A DNA stretch of 20,000 nt from NCBI GenBank assembly GCA_045837725.1, contig JBEWZL010000075.1:120769-140768 (forward strand). Direction: 5' to 3'. This DNA is from Vermamoeba vermiformis (lineage: Eukaryota). A program made the position numbers and the translations under genes. Each line of letters starts with the position of its first letter. The first letter of the stretch is position 1. Of the stretch, positions 1 to 9,600 are shown piece by piece. The notes under the pieces are model-generated. The model worked only from the letters and a program-made list of their open reading frames with translations. It did no database searches and was not told the origin of the DNA.

Positions 1-571
1 CCAGAACAGCGCTCCTGCCATGTGGTCCCTCGTCTTCAGCTCGTTGACAGGTGTCAATCAACGCTACGGCGCGCAATCCACTCAATACCGCGTTGCTCTT
101 GCAGCCATCACGCAAGTGGTCGATGCTCTTCGCGCGCAATTGACTGCCGTGCACGGTGCTGAACGTGTCGCCGTTCAAATCGTGCGCGTGCCTCACACCT
201 CATACAGCACTGTGGTGTCGCGCTTGAACCCCGTGTTGCAACGCGAGGCCAAGGCTGATTGGACTGCCACTCTGCCTGCCATCACTCTCACCAGTGTTGA
301 GCGCGTAGAACTAGTCTGCACTCGTGTCCGTGAAGTCCTCGGTGCTGATTATGACGTCAACTGCCCTCGTGTTCGCGCTGCTCGTGCCGCGCAAGAGACC
401 GCCGCTAACAACACCCCTGTCACTCAAGGTGTGTTCCAGATCTTGTTCTGGATGGGCGTCATCTTGATCATCGTTGCCATCTACGTCGTCATGAGCTTCG
501 CTTTCATGGAAATCAAGCAAGATCCGCTCGTGTTCCGCAACACCATCAACTTGGAGAAGAAGATGAACTAA
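1..571 (+). CDS. ATP6AP2: 3' part of renin receptor-like / V-ATPase accessory protein (ATP6AP2/M8.9-like), 5' truncated by window
   Basis: The frame is open from the window start to TAA at 569-571. 'WSLVFSSLTGVNQRYGAQSTQYRVALAAITQVVDAL' resembles the ATP6AP2 lumenal 'YSLELAGL..IGKRYGEDSEQFRDA..ILVDAL' motif. A single C-terminal TM (VFQILFWMGVILIIVAIYVVMSFAFM) is followed by a short tail 'QDPLVFR', comparable to 'YDSIIYR'. Confidence 0.7.
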   Translation, partial: QNSAPAMWSLVFSSLTGVNQRYGAQSTQYRVALAAITQVVDALRAQLTAVHGAERVAVQIVRVPHTSYSTVVSRLNPVLQREAKADWTATLPAITLTSVERVELVCTRVREVLGADYDVNCPRVRAARAAQETAANNTPVTQGVFQILFWMGVILIIVAIYVVMSFAFMEIKQDPLVFRNTINLEKKMN

Positions 572-660
572 GTCATGTGATTATAAATAACTATCGTATT
601 TATCTTTTCGAATAAAACTCGCTTTTAATTTACATCGGCTAATATTATTATGTACACTAA

Positions 661-2467
661 TTACATGATGACGCGATCACCGAGTTCGGTGCTGACGATT
701 GCGCGGCCAAACAGACGCACATTGTCCTCGAGCTCGCGCGGCACCGCTTGTTTGGTCTCTTTGAGCAGCTTGAGCAGTTCTTTGCCGATCTTGCACTCGT
801 ACGTCAACAGACTCGTCGCCGTGCCTGGTCTGCCACCACGCGCTGCACGTCCCACGCGGTGAATGTAGTCCTCAATGGTGAGTGGCATGTCGTACAGAAT
901 CACGTGCTGAATGCTGTCAATGTCGAGGCCTCGGCTCGCGACATCAGTAGCGACCAACACATCGAGCTGATCGGACTTGAACGCGCGCATCACTTTGAAT
1001 CTGAACGGCTGTGACTTGTCGCTGTGCAGTCCTGCCACGTGGAACTGTTCTATTTTTAGCAGCTGCACGAGCTGATCGACGGTGTGTTTGTTGTCTGCAA
1101 AGATGAGCACTGGCGGACGTTCAATCTTGCGCAGCACTTCGAGCAGTCGCATCTGTGACACCTGTCAGTAAAAGTGACACGTTGACATGCGGTGGCACTC
1201 ACCTGTTTGTGTGCAGTGTGCACGAAGAGCACGTGCTGTGTGAGGCCAGGCGGCAGTGGCGAGCTCAAATCTCCGACTGTGATGTGCACTGGTCGCAGCA
1301 CGGCACTGCGCGCGACACGCGTGACAGCTGCTGGCATGGTGGCACTGAACAGCAGTGTTTGGCGAGGTCGACCATTGACACCTGTCAAGCTCTCATCGCA
1401 GCGCGCTAAAAATAGCCTCAGCTGTGCCTCCATGGACGAATAAGGGTTGTCTTTGATACTTTGCGCTTCTTCTTCTGTTTCCATATTTGGTGCGAGGGTG
1501 AGGAGTCGATCGATCTCATCAAACACCAGATAGGCGAGATTGTTGAGCGGAATGTGATATCGGAGATTGTTCCGCGGGTCAGTCAACTGCAACAACCGAC
1601 CAGGCGTGGCAATCAGCAGATCCACGCCACCACGCAGCACTTCGATTTGAGATTGCGCGGAGATACCTGCGAGTCATGTCAGACGGTGCCACTACCAAAT
1701 ATAGACAAGTACCTCCGACGAGTCCGAGCACTCTGCGGCCCATGAGTGACTGGTGCGTGTACGGTGGCGTGTACTGGCCAGCCTGCACTGCACACTGCGC
1801 GTAGTACTCGAGCCAGCGCTGATATTGCGCGGTGTACGGCGGAATAATTGACATGCACAGCGCATAGACCTGCTCCACGAGCTCGCGTGTCGGAACAATA
1901 ATTATTCCGCTCGGTCCCTGGCCTGGTGTCGCGCGCACCGTGGCAGGATGTGAGAGCAGTGCCAAATAAGGCAATAGATAGGCCAGGGTCTTGCCCGAGC
2001 CAGTCGGTGCATTGCCTAATATGTCGCGGCCGCGCAGTGCATTGCTCAACACTTCGGATTGGATCGGCGTGGGACTCTGTGCTCAGTCAGCGCTGCAACG
2101 AGGTCATAATGCAGTCACTACGCACCTGTATTCTCTTTTCTTGTAATTTAAGCAGAATTTCCTCGCTCAGTCCTGCCTCTGCGAACTCTTTGATGGGTTG
2201 TGCTGGATCTTCACCATCCACCTTTACGAGCACCTTAGTATCTCATATAATGGACGGCGTATTTGTTTCTGAATTTACCTTAATTTTGTGACGCCGTCTG
2301 AACTCGATCAGCTCCTCTTGTGTGAATGAAACGACATCTTGCTGCGGAGGGTTGTAATAGGACGCTACAAAGTTGTCTTCTTGTCCCGTGGACTTGTGCT
2401 TCAACTTCTTGCGCAGTGGCTCTTGTAGCTCATTATCATCATCGAGCTGTGTGTTGTTGTTGCTCAT
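661..2467 (-). CDS. DEAD-box RNA helicase (DDX41/DDX59-like), ~534 aa, 5 exons: 2467-2279, 2221-2126, 2076-1713, 1666-1203, 1152-661
   Basis: Motifs present: Q-motif (F..AGL...PTPIQ), I APTGSGKT, Ia PTREL, GG, Ib TPGRL, II DEID, III SAT, IV PPVLIFAD, V TDVASRGLD, VI HRVGRAAR. Four GT-AG introns of 46-57 nt restore one frame. The last acceptor could alternatively be at 1162, adding VSQ. Confidence 0.9.
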
Positions 2468-2660
2468 ACTGAGTATTCTGCGAATAAGCTTTGACTACAG
2501 ATCAAGGGTGTTTAACACTAACGAACAGAGCGGTGTGGCTTAAATACATCACGAATTAATATTTACATTTACATTGTACAAGTGATTCGCATTCACAGCT
2601 GAGACCGAAACAAACAGCAGATTTACAAAATAGATCCCGGCTGTGCGCACGGATCTATTA

Positions 2661-5600
2661 TTATAGGTACTTTTCAGCTGCTTGTTCCTTGCTCAAATCT
2701 TTAATCTTCTTTGCCTTGATCAGCTTCTCAGCCTTCTTCTCCAGCTGCTTCAAGTTCTCCACTTGCTTTTCAGCTTCGCGCGCAATCTTCTCGACGAACT
2801 GATCCACAAACTCCGCGAGCAAGCGATCGTTGACGTTCCAGTTGAGGTCATTCTTAAGGGCCTTTTGAATAGCCTCCTCGCGACTATTGCTCGGCTTCCA
2901 ATACTTGAATGCACTGTAGGCGGTGGTGAATGCCTCTTCGTACTGGATGTGCACGCGACGCACTTGCTGTTCGAACACGCGCAGTTGTTGCAGCAGGGTA
3001 CGCGTGTCCGTGTCGAGCACCGTGCGTTGCAAGAGCGGTGCAGGCGTGGAGGAGTGGCGCGTGAGGGCCCATTCGAGTCCGACACGATAGACTTCAGGAC
3101 ACGCGGTGATGGCGCGGTGCACTTCGAAGGCTTGGCGCCACTGCACGCAGGCACGATAGAACTTGTAGCCCCAGGGGGACATGAGCGAGAGCGGCGAGCC
3201 CATGTAGACAAAGAAGGTGCTGAAGTTGGTGAGTGCCGCGAGTCCGTCGTGTCCAAACAGCACTTGACGCAGCTTGTGGTGCGAGATGTACTTGAAGAAG
3301 TTCTTGGGCATCGAGTGGATCACTTCGGGACCGTTGGGGGCCACAAAGCGCAGCAGATCTGCGTCCTCATGCAAGTTCTTGAGCAGCAGCGCGAACAAGA
3401 TCATCTCTTCTATAAAGTTGGTCGGCTTCTTCCAGTTGATGTTGGGCTCGAACTGACTGCGGTGCATCTTGTCCACGTACAGCCCGCGCAACAGGTGACT
3501 GTGCTGCAGATTGTCCACTGCAGCATCGTACAGATCGATCACGTGATCGCCGTAGCCTGCCAAGCACGTGACTGTCACGCCGTAGCTGAGAATGTTCTGC
3601 AGTGCTGCGAGCATGAGTTCGTGTTCGTGACTGAGTGCGAAGGGTGCCGTGTTGAGCTGATGTTTGTGCGGGGCTGTGCTGCACATCTGCTGCACCATCA
3701 ACACCTCGCGCGAGGAGTGGTGCCACAGACCTGCCATCGACAAGATGCTCACACTCTGACGGCGCTCCGTGGGCTTGGAGACAATGCCGTGCGTGATCAA
3801 GTGATTGGCGACGATGATGGCAAGTGGCACTGCTTGCGAGTGTGCAATGAACCACACCAGATCTGCGTCTTGCAGATTGCTCTTCAACACGGGATCTGCT
3901 TGCACACGCACCAGATAGTTCTCCAAGCGTTGTGCCACAGTGCCCTCATTCGCGAGAGGGTGCGCGTAGACGTGTTCGAGGGCGGGACACATTTCACGCA
4001 GGGCACGCTCCGCTTGTTCCACGTAGAGCTGCACTTCGCGCTCCTTCCAGTTGCGCGGTGGATAGGTGCCATCATCGACTTCGAGCACGGCTTGACGATC
4101 ATTCACGGCCAGCAGGGGCCAGCCATTCAGTGCCACCAAGCACACTCGCTTCACGCGCAACAAGTCCTCACGACACAGCTCTGACGTGTAGCCAGGCACG
4201 TACACCGTGGAGCCCTTGCGTGGTCCAGTCACACCCTGACGCCGTGCAGTGCCGCGCGGATTGTCGCCGAGTCCACGCAATCGTCGCTGTCGCTCTCGGT
4301 CCTCATCCTGTGCAGCTGCGCTGGGAGTGCGTCGATAGGAGGACTGGCGCGAGAAGAGGCCCGCGATGTTGTTGTTGCTGATGCTCTCGCGTGCAGCGTA
4401 GTGTTCCTCTTCGGAGGAGGAGAGCTCAAACTTCTCCATCTTGAACTTGAGCACATCCAGTTCGTGACTCATCTTGCGTGTCTCGCTGTCGCTCTTGTGC
4501 TTCAAGACCTCAATGTTGCTGCGCAGTTCGCTGATCTGTTCCTTCATCTCGCTCTTGTCGCTCTCGTAGTTCTTCAAGTGCTGCTTCAGACCCTCCACCA
4601 AGATCGGCACCAGATCTGCGTAGTTGACCGAGAGATAGCCATTGCGGTCCTCGTGCACCACTTCAGGCAGCACACGACGCACTTCCTGCGCGATCAGACC
4701 AATCACTTTGCGTCCTCCGACTTCATTGGCCACCAGCTCGTCCTTCCACTGGTAGCGCTTGCCTTGCAGTCGAGTCACAATATCGAGCGCGTCCATAATG
4801 TCCTCGGTGTTAGTCTTGAGGCGTATGTCGCTGTACTGCAAGTAGCCCTTGGCGCGCACGACACCTTGCACATCCAGCGAACCTGGGACCACGTGATCGA
4901 AGCCTGTCTCTGGCGCCTCTTGGATCTGATCTAACTTGCGCTTCTTCTCCACGGGGGCTGTGTATTCAATATGCTCCTCTAATGTACCGCACTGGTGAGC
5001 ACACAAACGACACTTTATCTAGATCCGAACTTACCTTTGACTTCTAACAGAGGGTTGGGCGAAGAAGAGAGCGGCGAGCTATTAGAGAATGAAGGTGATG
5101 CAGACAGTGGTTGAGGGTGCGCTAATGGCGAGGCACCGCTCGCGGAGCTGAATGAATGGCTCGCTGAATCTGGTTGCTGATCGCTGTCAGGAGAACTCAT
5201 TTCATATTCCATCTCAGCACTCGCCACTGGTGCTGCGATAGGGTGGGCGGCATGTACGCGCGGGGACTTCTTTCTGCAGCGAAGAGTGAGTGACTGGACC
5301 CGTGAAGTACATCCGAGGAGAATTACCTTTGTTTGCCGCTGTCGTGCGTAGAGAACGAGATGGAGTGGCCTGTATATGCAGTGCCTGCTAAACTCGTGAC
5401 TGTAACGCGGAATTCGATGCATTTGGCCAAGTTGTACAGCTTCAACTCCACCTCCGCACCGTATCCTGCGCCGTCAGATTTGAGCAGATGGTTGTCAATG
5501 GTAAACTCGTCATCAGAGCACGGTACATTCGCTGCCAAATCATACAAGTCTATTTTGACGCCATTCCAATCAAATTCTTCGTGGCATTGGAGATCTAATT

Positions 5601-5995
5601 TGATTCTCTTGCCGATGCCTTTTGTCACGCGAATCAACTCGTCAGCTTGAATCTCACTCCACGCTCCTTTGCCTCCTCGCTGCTTGTGTAATAACTTGAT
5701 CCTTAGATTTGAGCCATTGGACCTAATAAAAGAAAATAGAGATTATTTTAGATTATCACTTAGAAAAATGTGAAAATTAACCAATTTTCAAATTATTAAA
5801 ATGCAAGCCATTATTCAAAATTCTAATTGTCACCTACGTGGATAAATCACTGGGAGTCGATGCATCGCTGTCGTATTTATAATAAATTGGGTCATTATCA
5901 GCAGTTAGTGTTTCAGCATTCGGATGAAGAATATCTCCCTCGAGCTCAAATAGATTTTCTAGGGGCTCCGAGCCAGGTAATTGATCATTATCCAT
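2661..5995 (-). CDS. Multidomain protein ~1036 aa: unassigned beta-rich N-domain + Ser/Pro linker + peptidase S74 (ICA) autoprocessing domain + coiled coil + YML020W-like alpha/beta hydrolase; exons 5995-5838, 5722-5327, 5273-5035, 4978-2661
   Basis: GT-AG introns 5837-5723, 5326-5274 and 5034-4979 join four ORF segments in frame (3111 nt). S74 signature: 'YSDIRLKTN...LQGKRYQWK...IGLIAQEVRRVLPEVV...LSVNYADLVPILVEGLKQ'. Hydrolase nucleophile elbow: 'WFIAHSQAVP'. An alternative in-frame ATG lies at 6082. Confidence 0.8.
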
Positions 5996-6614
5996 CGAAA
6001 AACCTATTATTTCAATGTTATTACAACAAATTGGAGTTAAATCCAAAATTAATAGGCTTGCCTCTCGATGAACCAGCGCCATCCATTATTTATGTGCTTT
6101 TCTTGTCAGAACAAACACTTAGATAGTGGCAGCGTAGATATATATAAAAATAAGAGATATATAAAACAAATAAGCAGTGTTCTTCCTGCGTGTGAAATAA
6201 TTTTAATTGCGCCAAAGAAAACTGACCAGCTATTTACAGCCGTTGTGTCCGTATCAGAGCACAAGGGTCAGTAGGTCACGCTGATGATATATCTCATTCA
6301 TTTGCGTGCAAGTATTGAAATAGAAGTGCACTGAGTAGTGGCGGTACCTGCCTTGTTCGGATGCACCGTTCAGCTCATTATTTGTACCCTAGCGCATACA
6401 TACCATATACCATGCTGCCAATTCGGTTTTTCTTGTCGTCAGTTAATTTGACAGTGAGTCAAAAGTTAACTTGCTCTTAATCCGCTGAATTACGCGCGGT
6501 GACTTTTGTTTTGAGAGCGCTATTGAAGGTCGAACATCAATCGCGAGGAGTGCCTCGAATGCGCATATTATGTACATTAAGCTCGATTTTACTTTTCATT
6601 ATTCACACAGGGTA

Positions 6615-9600
6615 CTACTTGTTCGCGTCTTTGTTGACCACGATCTTGAGGGTGGTCGGCGAGGTCTGCTGCGGCTTGCCCACTGAGACACGCAGCTTCA
6701 GTCCACCACTCGCGGGGGTCACCACACTCGGGGCATGGCTCGGGGTCACGGGCAGGGGATTCGGGTTGACAGGTTGACTCGGCGTCATTGACTTGTTCGG
6801 GTCGGTTTTGATGGTGATCTTGGGCAGGGTGAGCACGGGGTTCGGGGAGGGTTGCATCGGGGGAGGGGTCGGGGTTGGGGGCAGTGTCGGGGGCGGGACA
6901 TAGCTCGGGCGCGGGTTAGCCAGTTCTGCGAGTGTCGCTGTGACGAGTGCACGCGGCAGTTTGATGGTGAGGTCCGCGAGGTCCACCATCATGGGGGCGG
7001 GTGTCGTGCTCTTAGCGACAGCAGGCGTGACTGGGACACTCGTGCGCGGGGGCGGGGGCGTGGTCGGGGGCTGCGGAGTGCGGGGCTTGGTCTCCACAGG
7101 GGCCGCGACAGGTGTCGGGGACGGAGTGCGCTGCGGTACAGTGGGTGACGGGGCGAGTGTCGGGTTCGGGGTGGTCGGGGTCTGCGGGGTGACTTTGGCC
7201 ACAGCGGGCGTGGGCGTGCGCGGCGTGACAGGTATTGACACGCGCAACGAGCCTCCTGAGGGCGAGGGTGTGACTGGGGCACTCGGGGGAGGTGAGGGTT
7301 TGACAGCTGGTGTCACTGGTGTTTTGACACTCGGCGTGACAGGTGCTTTGACACTTGGTGTCGCGGGTGTCGTTTTGACATTTGCGGCTTTGGGAGTGGC
7401 GGGTTGGGTCTTTATCTTTGCAGACGCTGGTTTGACAGGCGGTTTGACATCTTCGTCCTCTGTGACACGTGTCAAACAAATAGTTGCAATGATTACAACT
7501 TACCCTTCTTTCGTTTTTTCTTTTGTTTTTTGTTCTTGTCAGTTTCTTTTTTAGGCAACGGTCTGTACGGCAGTTTGGGTCTGGGCTCCAGTCTAAATGA
7601 AGCAAATTTATCACCACCAAATCTGACGTAGAGATCGATCATTGCCGTTCTGACGCGCTCATCGTAGGCCAGTGTTACCGAACTGTGAATGACAGGTGTC
7701 AGTCGAGACAAGTGACACGTGTCAAAGTGCGGTACTTACTTGATGCAGTCAAACACTTGCTGTCGCAGTTCAGGCAAGTCGAGCACAGTGTCATCGAGGG
7801 CAGTCAACAGCGCGGTGAGGGCGCGATATCTCAGCCAGGGAGATTTGTCGCGCACAATGCACTCGATCACGTGCTGCAACACACCACTTGCCTGCTCACT
7901 GCGCGGATTGGGCGTCACTCCAAGGCGAATCAGCGCTTCGAAGGCTGTGGCACGAACTTCTTGGAAATTACCATATCTGGAAATATTAGCGGAATTTCCT
8001 AATATGGAGTGACTTACTTAGCATATTGCTCGAAGAGGCCCAAATTAGGTGCGGAGCCTTGTCGCGAGTATATCGTCATGAGCGCCTGTGGGGTGTCAGT
8101 ACCGATTTGCAGATCCGCAAATATCACGCAAAGAGCCATACCTGCAAACAAGCGACAGTGATGGAGTTGTGATAGCAGGGCACCATCTTCTCGAGGTCCA
8201 AGTAGCGCTCAATCTGCTTCACAATGCGCTCTTGGGCCTGCTGCTCGGTGCTCGTCGTGTTGCCGAGGGCGCGCAGTATCGAGGCCACGTAGTAGTTGTC
8301 CGAGTACTGTCCACACCGTTAGTCCTATCACACCTATGCATCACTAACACGTACACTGTTGCGCGAGTTGTCGTTGTTGCGCAAGAGATCGAGCAAGAAG
8401 TCAATCACATCGCTCGGTGTGCGGCCGTGCTCGTCTTTCACTTGCGACACGGCCTCGGCGATGGCACGCTGCAAGAAGTAGGCGGAGAAGTTGGAGAAGT
8501 CGTTCGGTCGCAGCTGATTGAGATTGTCGTAGTAGTACGCGGCCTTGAAGTGTTTGATGAGCAGATCCAGTCCGAGCCAATTGGTCTCTTTGCTGGTGAG
8601 TGCGGCCATGCAGTGCGCAGCCTCCATGCGAATGCGATAGAACATCTCTTTGTTCACCAGCACGTCATTCAGCGCACTGATGGCATTCTGACTCGGATGG
8701 GCCGCCAAGCCCTGAATGGCCTCGTGTTGTGCCAGCACATCGCGATCATTCTCGAGCTGATTGATCCACATGAACTCGGGCTGTTTGAAGCTCAGCTGTC
8801 GGATCCAGTGCAGCTCTGGATCGATGCGTATCCAGCTGATCGGAATGTCGTGCTTCCAGGCATTCTTGGCCATGTTGCTGCTGTTCGGGGCAGGCTCAAT
8901 GTCCATCGGCATGGCACTCTCTTCAGGCGGGGGCACGCTCTGTGACTCACTCGGCACCGGTGTGCCCACTGACGCACTCGCATTCGGAGCTGTGGCACGG
9001 CGCGGCACTGGTCGCTTGTTGCGCCGCGACTTGGAGTGACAGATGAAATCGACCTCGTGCACCTCATCTTCCAGGGCCACTTGCTGCTCGTCAATCTCAT
9101 CGGTCTCGTGAATGCGAATGGTGATGTTGCCAGTCACTTTCTCGCACTTGCTCAGATCCTGTTTGATGGCAATCTCCGTCTGATTCTTCATGCGATTGAA
9201 CCAAAAGCCGCAGATCAGATGCGGACTGCCCTTGCCGTAGCTGTGTGGTGTTCAGTAATAGGACGAATATATATGTATGTGCTTGAGTACGTACATCCAC
9301 TTGTCAGCAAACATCTTCATCTCGAGGCCAGTCAATTTCTTGGCGAGTTTGAGGAACTTGGAGGTGGAGACATTGGTGTCAGGCGGATCCCCCTCCGCGT
9401 TCTTGATCACGAGTCCCGAGAGCAGCTTCTGAAAGCCCTCCGTGCCGAGTCGCTTCTCGAGCAGATACATGGTCACGGTGGACTTGACAAACACCAGCTT
9501 GGAGTAGAGCTCGGCTGCACTGGTGTAGTTGGTGTTGTACAGCGGCTGATTGAGCTGTGCGTGCTGTGTGATGTACTCGACGTCGCGCACCAAGCGGTAG

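Noticed and set aside
2682-4184. 500-aa plus-strand ORF (and similar ones at 9036-10268 and 8088-8945)
   Set aside because: Antisense shadows of the hydrolase and TAF2 exons, with the same codon-bias explanation.
4580-4835. S74 domain as evidence of a prophage or viral tail-fibre insertion
   Set aside because: It sits in a spliced gene with host-like codon usage among housekeeping genes. No other viral genes, terminal repeats or integrase are present.
6209-6216. E2F-like site (TTTGGCGC on the minus strand) upstream of the S74 gene
   Set aside because: A single 8-mer is compatible with chance and has no supporting evidence.
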